DNA of 63,394 bases, counting the filler, from Octopus bimaculoides (taxonomy: Eukaryota), in the NCBI RefSeq assembly GCF_001194135.2. It is 6 parts of 5 records of this genome, joined end to end, with 100 filler letters (N's around TTAATTAATTAA, not from the genome) between each part and the next. Parts side by side here need not be neighbours in the genome. Positions count along the whole stretch, not along the records: positions 17,254 to 43,953 come from NC_068984.1; positions 44,054 to 54,921 come from NC_068987.1; 4 more parts are not named here. The stretch is one strand, 5' to 3'. The translations under genes were made by a program, and so were the position numbers. A model generated the notes under the pieces. That model did no database searches and was not told the origin of the DNA. It saw only the letters and a list, made by a program, of their open reading frames with translations. Shown piece by piece: positions 38,410 to 50,353 of this stretch. The number at the start of each line of letters is the position of its first letter. Position 1 is the stretch's first letter.

Positions 38410-39800
38410 GGAAATTTGATGGCAAAGTGTTAGGGAAGGCCTACCAGTTTGACCTATTGGCTGACCAGAATGGACGGGATGATGGGCAAAGAGCTGTTCA
38501 GTTTGCTACTGGTCTAAAGGGTGCTGTACCAGAGATACTGAGCCAGTTGTCTGTGAAGGACAGAAGCTGTTATTCTTCTCTAGTTGAAGTGTTAGAGAGA
38601 AGATATGGCACTATGCACCTTTGTGCAGTGTACAGGGTACAATTTCGGACCCACGTAAGGGCTAGAGGAGAATTACTATAACAACTTTCCCAGGAACACT
38701 TGGCTCTTCTTCTGAAAGAGCAGTTTATTGACGCTTTGGGTAGTGCAGAGTTCAAAGTTGAAGTGAAACAAGCACAGCCGAATAGTATGCAACTAGCATT
38801 GGCTAAAGCTCTGGAATTTGAGTAATATATAAGGTCTAGCACAGGAATATTCCAGGCACACTACAGTTCTGGATTCAAAGCAAGGGAGGGGAAAGTATGT
38901 GAAACAGGAAGATTTAATGAATGTTGTTGGTACTGTGAGAAGGTCGGACATAAAAGAGGAAGCTGTTTGAAGAAGAAAGAACAAGAGACAGTTGGAATAA
39001 ATTGTTGGTACTATGGGAAGCCAAGACACAAGATAGGATTGTTTCAGCCTGAAGAGAGAGCAAAAGCAGGATGGTTGTAAAAAGTTCACACTTAAGAGAG
39101 AGTGTGGAACATGTGGTGAAAAGGGACATCTCGGTTTTAACTGCCCTACACAAAAGAAGGATTGTAAGAAGGTAAAGAAAGACAGGAGAGTAAGAAAACT
39201 AGGAGGGGCTGGTGTTAAGGGGCTACCATCAGTTAAATATTCTAAAGAAGTTCCAGCCCCAAGAAGATGTAAAAGGACTGTAATTGACAGCATATAAGTG
39301 GACGGCAGAATTGACGGCCAGAAGCATTGCCTTGTGATTGATTCGTCCTTGGAGCAGACTTTTGTGAGACCTGAGATGTTACAGCATCAAGACCTACCAG
39401 AGGCATCACAGTAGCTGTGGTGCTACCAGGCACTGTACTGAACTGAGAGGACTGGTTGATGTCCTAATTGAAGTTGCAGGACAAAAGGTTGTGCTTCCAT
39501 TCTATGAGGTGGAGATGGAGTTTCCATGTCTCTTAGGTCTGAACTACTTGGTGTCTATGGGGTGTCAACTGGACTTCTGCTTCATGAAGCTTTGGGTGAA
39601 AGGAAGATTAGTCTCTGTCAAGGTGGTAAAGTGGACGATTGCTGGTGAAGTGAATTCGTTACAGATGACAGTGATCCCACCGAAATCAGAATTACCATAT
39701 TGACACAGAGATCATCACCCAATCGAGCAACCGGCTTGGAGGATGGCGCCAGCTCCGTGTAAAGAAATGAAATGTTCTGAAAGAGAAGTCAATGCGGAAA
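38410..39800 (+). pseudogene. Second Ty3/Gypsy remnant: gag with three CCHC-type knuckles, protease and start of RT
   Basis: EQFIDALGS..., CWYCEKVGHKRGSC, CWYYGKPRHK, CGTCGEKGHLGFNC; PR region LVIDSS..., CLLGLNYL; IDT.DHHPIEQP. Confidence 0.75.
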
Positions 39801-40691
39801 GATATCTGCAAGATAAAAGAGATGTTGCATCAGAATTACAAAATGTTCATCAAAACTTTGTAGGGAAGACCAAATCTTTCAACGTATTCAAAGAAAAGTG
39901 TACACAGTGATTGCAGGAATGTGATAGGAAAAAAACTTGAATCAGAAAATAAATCTTTTAATGAAATAAAATGGGAAACTAAAAGAGCAAGTGTTCTTGA
40001 ACAGTGACAACAGCTGACTGTCAAAAAGTAAATTTCAGCTGATCCAGTAAATTAACGAACTAAAAGCAAATATGTTACAAAAAAAAAAGACCCAAGAAAT
40101 TAACGAACTAAAGGTGAATATTCTACAAAAAAAAAAAAAAAAAGAGAGAGAGAGAGACCCAGAACATTAATGAACTAAAGTTGAATATCTTACCAAAAAA
40201 CAAAACAAAACAAAAAACGAATGGGATGAGATACAGCGCAACATGTATGAAAGGATTGCTGCATAGAAGATGCAACTTTGAACACCACTCTCTGGCTTTG
40301 CAAGTGAGGATTGACTTTAACTCAAAATATCTCAGCTATTTGAAAAGCAAACTATACTTTATTTGTGTTCAAATGAAAGATCTCCACCAAATGTATTTTT
40401 CCTTGCTAACTTCATAAAAATATATTNNNNNNNNNNTTTTTTATTACTACTCTCTTTTGAAAAAAATTATTTGTGATAAATATCAGTTAAAGATTAAAAG
40501 ATTAATTCTAAGTAGGCAGATTTCGTAATACTCAATGTAAAGAAAGTGCTATTCAATTTAGAATTGCTAACAAAAATGAATAGGCATCAATTATGGATCA
40601 ATAAGAAATGAAATAATATGAAAAAGATAAGCTAGATTTATTATTAGAATAAAAATTAATTTTTTTACATCACCTGTAAAATAAAAATATG

Positions 40692-41690
40692 GACTAGAAT
40701 GAAAAATGTGAGCAAGGGATATCAATATTCTTAAATATTTAATAAACCTGGTAAAATACAGGACAAGAAGTAAACCTAAAATAAAAGAGCTTAAAATCTT
40801 GTAGCTAAAATAAAATTTGAAAGGAGTTGCTAATTAAATAAAATATTCAAATAAGCCATTCAATACTGACCAACTATCTTTCACCAAAATTATTATGACT
40901 GCCATAATATTTTGTAACATTAGTAGTTAAAATTTTTTACTTTCTAATTTTTTTACAAATGTAAAGAAAGTAGGCAAATATATTAAATGCTTGACTATAG
41001 AAAAATTTAAGCCTATTTAAGTAATTAAATGATATTTGTTTTATTTTGGCAAAATTATTTTACTTTTACAAAATTAAAATTTTTAGTTAGTTAATTGTTT
41101 GTCAGTTCATTTTCCTGTTAGGTAAATTTTCCTCAAATAAACGTAGATGTTATAGAGTTAATCAGTTTTTTATTTGATTCATTGGAATTTATGATAAAGC
41201 ATTGGGTTATTTTTATCAAATTTTATATTTATCTGCAGTATTTTAAGCTCTTTTATTTTAGCCTTACTTCTTGGGTGAAAGATGGTTGATCAGTATTAAA
41301 TGGCTTGTCTTGTTTGAACCATCATCATCATCATCATCATCATTTAATGTCCATGCTAGCATGGGTTAGATGGTCTGACCAGGGCTGGTAAGCTAGAAGG
41401 CTGCACCAGACTCCAATCTGATTTGACATGGTTTTCTATGGCTGGATGCTCTTCCTAATGCCAACCACTCTGAGAGTGTAATGGGTGCTTTTACGTGCCA
41501 CTGGCATGGGTGCCATTTGTGTGTCACTGGTATCTGCCATGACAAAATTGGCAACCCATTCAAATTTTATTTTAGCTGCAATATTTTAAGCTTTTTTATT
41601 TTATTTTGGGGGTTATTACTTGTCCTATATTTTCCCAGGTTTATTAAATACTTCAGAATATTGTTATCCTTTGCTCACACTTTTCATTCT
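40692..41690. repeat. Foldback structure: ~200-bp inverted arms (40692-40890 versus 41270-41320 plus 41560-41690), right arm split by a SINE
   Basis: 'aagccattcaatactgaccaactatctttcacc' and 'taataaacctgg' segments match their reverse complements. Confidence 0.7.
41325..41545 (-). mobile_element. RTE-tail SINE with (GAT)n tail
   Basis: (catcat)n followed by the reverse of 62290-62505. Confidence 0.75.
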
Positions 41691-41988
41691 AGTTACACTA
41701 TGCTTAAAAAGAAAATAATTAAAATAAATGCAGAGGCTGCATGGACAAGAGTGGAACATCTATGCTCAATCAGAGTAGTCCTGAAGCAAATAACATCTGT
41801 GGGAAATAAGATATTTTAAGGAATATCTGATGAGAGTGTTGCTCTAAAATTGTTTATATAAAGAGGTTTACCAAACACTTCATAATTGTAAACAATAAGT
41901 GTTTATATCACCTTAAACAATGCTTATGTTGTTCTATATTTAAGAGATGAGGAATTATATACATTATTTACATTCGACGGATATTTGT

Positions 41989-42600
41989 GAGAAATGAAAA
42001 GTGGAACGACTATTGCGAAGTGACTGCAGATTTGCCTGGGTGCCAGGCATTCTTTCCCATCCCAGTTATGGAAAAACCTGACATTTTAATGTGGTGTGAA
42101 AGAAGAAAAGTTGTAAATCTAGTTGAGTTAACGGTTCCTCATGAAGATAATATGGACGCCGCGCGGGCTCGAAAGATGGACAGTTATGAAAACCTCCTCG
42201 AGAAATGTGAAGACGCAGGCTGGAAAGCGGAGCATTTTCCAATCGAAGTCGGATGTAGAGGATTTGTAGGAAACAGTGTGAAACGACTGCTGTTATCGTT
42301 AGGCCTAACTCATCGTAAGGTAAATACCACCATTACCAATATCCAAACTACAGTGGAGAAGGCTAGCCACTGGATTTGGTTAAAAAGAGACGATGAGCGA
42401 TGGCTAGAGAAATATTGAGCTTTGTTTTAATAATCAGTTGATCTAGCAAGCGGGGCCTCATATCAGTGAGGGGGGCCGGTGCGCATTGATGCCGTCGAGA
42501 GGTAGGCCTTGAAACGGCACGCATTCTCTCCTGATGACCCCATACACTTGCTGGCTTCCGGTATGCGGAGTTCTTGACTGGTAGCACTTGCATGTGCAAG
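41989..42600 (+). mobile_element. 5'-truncated RLE-type (HERO-like) non-LTR retrotransposon: endonuclease C-terminus and 3' UTR
   Basis: Open frame 41987-42418: KPDILMW..KVVNLVELTVPHE..ARARKMDSY..PIEVGCRGF..SHWIWLKR, a PD-(D/E)xK restriction-like endonuclease in the pattern I associate with the HERO clade. Confidence 0.8.
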
Positions 42601-42702
42601 TTGTTTGCAAGACACAACATTTCGACTGATATACCCTCCAGCCTTCTTCAGGTGTCTTAGGGGGAAATTTCAAACCTGGGTTCTCATTACTAAGGTATTT
42701 TG
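42600..42702 (-). mobile_element. Hammerhead-motif SINE (family E), truncated inverted copy; its tail lies at 41930-41988
   Basis: Reverse complement of 42810-42900; the tail 'tacattatttacattcgacggatatttgt' is separated from it by the HERO fragment. Confidence 0.7.
42608..42659 (-). ncRNA. Minimal type I hammerhead-ribozyme-like motif
   Basis: caagacac/gtgtcttg-type stem I, CUGAAGA, extra A, GGCUG..CAGUC stem II, GAAA, UGUU (NUH = GUU); loop-less stem III as in Penelope-type minimal hammerheads. Confidence 0.5.
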
Positions 42703-42960
42703 GGGGCATATGGCGTAGTGGTTAAGAACGCGGGCTACTAACCCCAAGATTCTGAGTTCGATTCCAAGCAGTGACCTGAACGACAACAACAATAATAATA
42801 ATAATAACATCGAAAAATACCTTAGGAATGAGAACCTAGGTTTGAAATTTCACCAAGATACCTGAAGAAGGCTGGAGGGTATATCAGCCGAAACGTGTTA
42901 ACAACAAACAAGATGAGGACAAATATCTGTTGAATGTAAATAATGTAAATAATGTAAATG
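42703..42960 (+). mobile_element. tRNA-headed SINE family E with hammerhead-like motif (42854-42900) and (AATGTAAAT)n tail
   Basis: A box TGGCGTAGTGG, B box GTTCGATTC, then (aat)n, 'ctgaagaaggctggagggtatatcagccgaaacg', tail aatgtaaataatgtaaataatgtaaatg. Confidence 0.75.
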
Positions 42961-42997
42961 CTTATGTTATTATTCATATACCTACACAAGTAATTAT

Positions 42998-43640
42998 CAC
43001 TGGATAACAAAAATTTTGCTACTGGGGTAAAATAAATCAAGGATGCTGATTCTGAATCCAAACTCAGAATTGTTCTAGCATGTCAGGATTTTGAGTTATG
43101 CACATGCGCAAGAATATAACTATACTTTCAGCTAGATACAGGCCGTATTATAAAATTTGCTAAAATGAAAGCAGTCTTAATTCAAAATTAAAGAATTAAC
43201 AGCAATAAAACAAACGATGAGAAAGTTCATTATTTAGTTTAGCAATAGATTGTGCTAATGTATTATGTGCAAGCGCTAAATACATCAGTTTGTTCTTGGT
43301 AATTCTCAGTGTCATTTGTGCTGCCATCATGTGTGGTATGTATACCTCTTGCTCTGCGTGATTACTGTTTTAACTGTGTTCATTGTGTTAAATCATGAAT
43401 AATAGAGGCTGTGTGAATCACCCAGACAACTTTTATTATGCTTATAAATATTATTTTAGGTGTAAAATTGGGGACCAAGACAAGAGGTGGGCACCTCATA
43501 TATGCTGTACCGTGTTACTCAGGGCTTACACAGTAGCTGAATGGAAAACGGAAGGGAATCCTTTTTGCTGTGCCAATGGTATGGCATGAGCCAACCAATC
43601 ATGTCTCTGATTGTTACTTTTGCATGACTAATATTAGTGG
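42998..43640 (+). mobile_element. Chapaev3-like DNA transposon 5' end with transposase N-terminal relic
   Basis: Starts CACTGG; translates GCVNHPDNF..YFRCKIGDQDKRWAPHICC..PMVWHEPTNHVSDCYFC, a Cys/His-rich N-terminus I associate with Chapaev3 (superfamily assignment from memory). Confidence 0.55.
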
Positions 43641-43815
43641 TACATTATTTACATTATTTACATTTGACAGATATTTGTCCACATCTTGTTTGTTAACACA
43701 ACGTTTTGGCTGATATGCCCTCCAGCCTTCATCAGGTGTCTTGGGGAAATTTTGAACCAGGGTTCTCATTCCTAAGGTATTTTTCGATGTTGTTATTATT
43801 ATTATTATTATTATT
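43640..43815 (-). mobile_element. SINE family E, 3' part with hammerhead-like motif (43695-43743; GAAA mutated to AAAA)
   Basis: Reverse: 'ccaagacacctgatgaaggctggagggcatatcagccaaaacgttgtgtt...aatgtaaataatgtaaataatgta'. Confidence 0.75.
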
Positions 43816-44053
43816 ATTCAGTAGTTTTATTTTTATAGCATGCTTTCACTTCACTACCGAGCGCAGCTCTGTGTGCCTTGGGTATGTGCTGTGGTTTGTT
43901 GTGATGTTCTTATGGTTACTGTATTGAAAGTGATTTGTGTAGGATGTGTGCAGNNNNNNNNNNNNNNNNNNNNNNNNNNNNNNNNNNNNNNNNNNNNTTA
44001 ATTAATTAANNNNNNNNNNNNNNNNNNNNNNNNNNNNNNNNNNNNNNNNNNNN

Positions 44054-45045
44054 CAATTTTTCGTTCATTTTGGCAATTTCATGGCAATGTGTTTCTGCAG
44101 TAATGGTTTTTCCGGGTTTAAGAAGTATAGCAGTACGCCACCAAACAGTCACCACAGCCTTCTTTTTGAAGAGCTTGGGTTTAGGGAAGGTTTTGGGGAT
44201 TCATTTTGGTTCAACCACTGCAAAGGACGTTTTTTTTATTATTGTGCAGAATCCACTTTTCATCGCAAGTTACAATACGGTCGGGAAATGGATTGGTCTG
44301 GTTATGGAGAAGAAGCCATGATTAAATTTCATATCTGCGCATTTTCTGATTTTCATTCAAATCGTATGTCGAGCCTTTTTTGATTTTCCATGCAAATGAT
44401 TTCAGGCAGTTTTCTGACTAACTTGAAGTTATTTTTGTCTCGAATGGTTTTACGTGGATCTTTCTCAATGATGGTCTTTAATTGACCGTCATCGATGACA
44501 GTTGGGCGTCCACTAAGCTCACGATCTTCAAGGCTCAGGTCTCCACTGCGAAATCATTTAAACCATTTTCGAGCTGACCACTCACTGGCCATTTTCCTCA
44601 TCACACGTTTCGTTAATTTCGCGAGCAGTTTCAGCTGCTTTACGTTCTTTTTTAAAGTTGAATAACAAAACTGCTCGAATATTGCGCTTTGAAAGTTCCA
44701 TTTCAGATAATTGTAACAACGGTGAAAAAGATACCAATGTTAATTTATTGATGCATTTCGGAAAGTCTATGTCTGTATTATCAGACAATTTCAAAAACAT
44801 GTTTAAAAAGAATTCAAAATGCTGCACAAATCCGGTACAAATTCTTCATGGTTCAAAACGTTTCTTACTTTTTACTCACCCTGATATTCCACGTTCAGGA
44901 GCAGATTCCATACGAGAGTTTCTCTTCAAATATAGCCCCGACCTTACTCAGAGCTTTTCGTATAATTACTTTTGTAACAACTAAACCGTGGAAGGCACAA
45001 ATTAACCGTTCTAAAGATTGTTAACTTCATTTAAACATTTAATAT
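44054..45045 (-). mobile_element. Mariner transposon (decayed), 5' part; ends at a gap
   Basis: MELSKRNIRAVLLFNFKKERKAAETAREINE (Mos1-like HTH) and IVTCDEKW first-catalytic-D motif. Confidence 0.85.
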
Positions 45046-45064
45046 TTTATCTTTTATCTCTTTT

Positions 45065-45260
45065 ACCTTTTACTTGCTGCAGTCATTAGACTGTAGCCAT
45101 GCTGGTGCACCATCTTGAAAAACTTTTAGTCGAATGAGTCGGACCCTGTACTTATTTGTTTGTTTTTTATGCCTGGTACTTATTCTGTCGGTATCTTTTG
45201 CCGAACCGCTAAGTTACGAGTGCGAAAACACACCGACACCAGTTGTCAAGCGGTGGTGGG
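45065..45260 (-). mobile_element. SINE family B, 3' part
   Basis: Colinear with 1545-1720. Confidence 0.75.
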
Positions 45261-45274
45261 ATATATATATATTC

Positions 45275-46255
45275 TACAGTTAATAGAGTGATTGTGCAAT
45301 TCACCAGAGAGGGGAAGGAGTTCACATCACCTCGCCCAGATCAACCGGGGCCCTCTGACAGGACCTTTCTCTTTGCTAAAAGAAGTTTGGATGATAATCC
45401 TTGTTGCAAGGCCTCTGACACGGCAAAATAAGTTGATGTCAGTCCCAGAACAGGTGTCAGGTATCTTCACAAACTTGGTTACTATGGCAGAGCAGCAAGA
45501 AGGAAGCCACTTCTTCGACCAGCCAACATCAAGCAGAGAAAAAATTACGTCAGTGAGATGATAATGAGGCCACTAGCATTTTGGGACGCTGTCATATTCT
45601 CCGATGAGTCCAGATTTGCTGTATTTCCTGACAGTGGTCGAGTGTGAGTCTGAAGACTGTGGTCAAGAATTTGATGTGAAAAGATTGCAGCCAACAATGA
45701 AACACGGCATCTATTCTCTGATGGTCTGGGAAACAATGGTTGATCAGAGCTGGTGGAGTGTGAGGGAAGCATAAACTCGGATAAATGGGTCCATATTGCA
45801 GAAAGGACTCCTTCCAATCGCTTCCAGTGGTGAATTGATTAAAGAAGACTCCTTGGAGTTTCTTGTCACACAGCAAAAATGACCCATGGTTTGTTGGATG
45901 AGAATGGCATTAAAAAGCTCCCATGGCCAATCCAGTCAACAGATATAAACCTTGTTGAACACCTCTGGGACATAATGGACAGGATATTTCATAAAAAGAA
46001 CAAGAAAGCATCTTCAAAGTCAGATCTTTTGAGATTACTGCATGAAACTTGGCAAGAAATTCCACAAGAGAATATTCGTCATCTGATCAGAAACATGCCT
46101 AATATGGTCCTTGCATTGAAAAATGCAAAGGGCATGTGTCCTAAATATTAAATATTCACATTATAATAATTAATAAATAATTTGAATGTATAATTTCAGA
46201 TTTGAATAAATTTTAATGATTATAAGGGTGTCTATTTACTTCTGTCATGATAGTA
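45275..46255 (+). mobile_element. Tc1 (DD34E-type) transposon, decayed and 5'-truncated; transposase 45275-46151
   Basis: ARRKPLLR, VIFSDESRF, LPWPIQSTDINLVEHLW, TWQEIPQENIRHLIRNMP. Confidence 0.88.
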
Positions 46256-46633
46256 GTGTTTTAATTCAAACACAAAAGGTCTCGGATCAAATAGCTTGCA
46301 GGGCAAGTACATCACCATAACATTTTTTTTTCTTTCAATACTTAAGAAATGCAATTTTGTAGCGAGAATCTAGCAAAGTGCCCAATAAAGTAGTTTTCAG
46401 TGTATCTAGCTTAATACAATATGCAGAAGAACTGAACACACAAACAATTGTTCGTGTGAAATATTTATTAAAATAAGTATAGAAATTTCAATCATGTTAC
46501 GTTTTAAGCAAATATTGACACTGAAAGGTTTATGGTTTCTATTTCTCGCCTGCGATAATATACTTCGGTGTAAAGTCAATCGATTTTCTTCTCACCTTTC
46601 TGCCTACGTGTGTGTGTGTGTGTGTGTGTGTGT

Positions 46634-46714
<81 letters not shown>

Positions 46715-47585
46715 GATATACATATATGTATGTATGTATGTATAGATATATATATATGTATGTATGTATGTATAGATATATGTATATATGTATGCATGTG
46801 TGAGAGAGAGACACATATGTATATTTGTGTGTGTATGCTGACACATCTATGTAACTATAAACACATATATCATATACATACATACATACATATATACATA
46901 TACGCACATGTGCAAACTCATATACATACATGACTACATACACGAGTGCGTTCATATGTACATACATACCCACATGTATATGTTTATACACGCTTTGTGC
47001 AGATGAATTCTGCGAGAGAGTGAGGAATCGAGAAAGAAGGGGAGAAGGAAAGAGAGAGAGAGAGAGAGAAAGAGACAAAGAAGGAAAGTGATAGAGAAAG
47101 AGAGAAAGAGAGAAAGAGAAGTACATGTGAATTTGTTTTGAATTGTTTTTTTATCATTATTTTTTTGCTTTCTTTTTAATTCAATTACGATGTCCATATT
47201 TATATTGTGGATATTTGGAACTGTAGCTAAATTATAGACCGCTTTCCTTCTTTGAAGATACATTGCCAATTTATTTTGAAAAATAATTACATTAATAGTT
47301 CTGAGTGCAGCTAGAACTATATTTGTTGGCTGACTATAATGGTAGATTTTCGCATAAATCTGAGAGATTTCTGTTCCTCTGACGCTTTAACCAAATAATG
47401 TCACCGCGCAATTTATGATCTTGCTGTCGTGACTGTGGATAAAGTTCGGGTCAATTTAAATTCTCTGTTATTTATCTTGGTTGGTTGACTACATATAAAC
47501 AGAGATACAAGGCAACTATACATACACACACATATACATACATACATGCATGTATGTGCATGCGCATGCGTATGTATGTATGTAT

Positions 47586-47851
47586 CATTTAAATATATAT
47601 ATGAGCATGCCTGGATATGCAACTATATGTATGAGAATACGTACATAAAACATACAAATCTGCACATACATACATACATACATACATACATACATACATA
47701 ATACATACATACATACATACATACATACATACATAATACAAACAAAAATACCGTTGTTGGTGTTGAAATTTCAATGAAGGAACCTTGGATCTAGGTTAGA
47801 AACCGGTTCTTTCTCTATTGGCAAGAAATCTTGAAATGAACTGAATAATGA
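47586..47851 (+). mobile_element. Short 3'-UTR copy of the R4/Dong-like element with an internal (CATA)n expansion
   Basis: 47586-47660 matches 49522-49600 and 47750-47850 matches 49660-49750. Confidence 0.7.
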
Positions 47852-47942
47852 CATACATACATACGTACGTACGTACGTATTCACGTATGTACGTATGTAT
47901 GTATGTATGTATGTATGCATGCATGCATGTATGTATGTATGT

Positions 47943-49750
47943 CAGAGCCGAATAAGGAAAATATGAGCCTCTCTGCATACAATAAAAGAGTGGTCCGCAA
48001 AGTGTTTGCAGTACCCGAACTCATACCAATATTTAGGTTACTTGATTGGGCACTTGTTGAGATTCGAACCATTGATGTGAAAATTCGGAAGTTACTGACC
48101 AGCACAAATAGTTTTCGTGTAAACCCCTTCTAACCAAAATGAAAACCAGGAGGCAGATGTTTAACATCAATTCAGACAGCTTTTAAATGTCACATCACAT
48201 TCCTTCAGCGACATTTTTTAACCAACAAGTGTTGAGGTGCATCCGTTGACCAAGTCTGCGTATCAACGGCCTATATCATCAGAAGATTAGGAAAGCAGCT
48301 ACTCGGGAAATATTCCTTGTCTGATAACCTTGAATAGATGCCCAGTGAAGCTGCACGACACTGCCGCATCATCGGATGCAAGGATGAGTGCATATCAGCA
48401 GATCATGCAGGAATATCTTAGCAGAAAGCTCCAGCATGACAGCAACATTGAGAATTGTTGTTGTAGTTGTTGTTGGCACTCCGTCGATTACGATGATGAC
48501 GTGGGTTCCAGTCGATCCAATCAACGGAACAGCCTGCTCATGAAATTAACGTGCAAGTGGCTGAGCACTCCACAGACACGTGTACCCTTAACGTAGTTCT
48601 CGGGGATATTCAGCGTGACACAGTGTGACAAGGCTGACCCTTTGAATTACAGGCACAACAGAAACAGGAAGTAAGAGTGAGAGAAAGTTGTGGTGAAAGA
48701 GTACAGCAGGGTTCGTGGAGCTTTTATGTGTTTTCGCTCAATAAACACTCACAACGCCCGGTCTGGGAATCGAAACCGCGATCCTATGACCGCGAGTCCG
48801 CTGCCTTAACCACTGGGCCATTGCGCCTCCACACATTGAGAATTAATCGAAGACTAACAACCGAGTCGCTAACTCTTAGTTTGAAGGGTATGGGTTTGCA
48901 ATCCAGGGGCAGGAATCAGCAACCAAATTCTTGATGCATTGAAGGACAGCGATGCAGACTTAACACCGAAGACATCACCGACATCATAAGCTGTTGTCTA
49001 AAAATCTCATCGTGGTTTTATCGGCCGATGAAGCATGTTGTTGCAGCCAAGATACTTTATAATGAAATCTGTCGAAGGATAATGTTGAAGCCAAAGACAT
49101 GAGAACCCCACAATGTGGTAGAGGCCATAGCCACTCATAATATGAAAAAGTACTGGTGGGATGTTCCAGTGAAAACCTCAATAAAATGCAAACATAACAG
49201 ACCAGACATTGTGATTTGGGACAGAGAAGACAAACTATGTACAATAATGGAAATCAGTGGCGCAACGGGTATCTATAGAAAGCTAAAGAACAACAACAAC
49301 AAAAACACGCTGAACTATTGAGAAATTTACAGCTATTCCACCCGGATTACATATTCAGATTTATACCCTTAATTATTGGGCCACTTGGATATGTAACTAA
49401 CTGCCTCAGCACCAGTCTTGAGAAAATAAGGTTCTCAAAGCCAGAAAGGAGAAAACTAATTAGATTACAATTACAAGCCATCAATAGAACTGTCAGAGTA
49501 TGTAAAACTTTTCAAAAGTTTAGCTTATAAAAATATATGCACGTCTTGATGTGTAACTCTTCGTATGAGTATACATACATAAAACAAAACCTCCAGATCT
49601 GCAGATACACCGTCTCCCTTGGACATGTATGTTCTGGGCATACACGCACAACTGACCGGTTGATGTTTAAATTCCAATGAAGAAGTTTGGGATCGAGATT
49701 AAAAACCAGCTTTTTCTCCATTGGCCAGAAATCTAGAAATAAAACAAAAT
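47943..49750 (+). mobile_element. 5'-truncated R4/Dong-like RLE non-LTR retrotransposon (decayed ORF to 49530, then 3' UTR)
   Basis: FAVPELIPIFRLLDWALVEIRTIDVKIRKLL; GGRCLTSIQ; FEGYGFAIQGQE; YWWDVPVKTSIKCKHNRPDIVIWD (RLE); FIPLIIGPLG. Confidence 0.8.
48458..48833 (-). mobile_element. SINE family C with (CAA)n tail inserted in the R4-like ORF
   Basis: 12-bp TSD acattgagaatt on both sides; tRNA head with A and B boxes at 48750-48830 on the minus strand. Confidence 0.85.
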
Positions 49751-50310
49751 TACATACACACATACATACACACATGCATACATACCCACGCACACGCGTA
49801 CATACATACATAGACACACACATACATACATACATACACACATACACACACATATACATCCATGCATGCATGCACACATACACACATACATACATACATG
49901 CATACATAAATACATACACATACATACACACACACAGATACATACACATGCATACATGCATACATACATAATAATACATACATACACAAACACACACACA
50001 GATACATACATACATAATACGTATATACATACATACATACATATATACATACATACATAATACGTACATACATACACATACATACATATATATACACACA
50101 CACATAATACATACATACATACACACATACATACATACACACACACATACATACATGCACACATACATACATGCACACATACATACATACACACATACAT
50201 ACATACATACATACATACATACGTACATATCTATGTAGGTGGGTGCATACCATGAATAGATTAAATCAGTTCTGCTTTGTTTTTGTTAGTATTGTTAGTT
50301 TTTTTTCTTC

Positions 50311-50353
<43 letters not shown>

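Noticed and set aside
42709-42775. tRNA-like sequence (Ser-like loop ctactaa); similar heads in SINE families A-C
   Set aside because: No complete cloverleaf or acceptor stem; these are SINE heads, not tRNA genes. Its resemblance to the Gypsy primer tRNA is probably coincidence.
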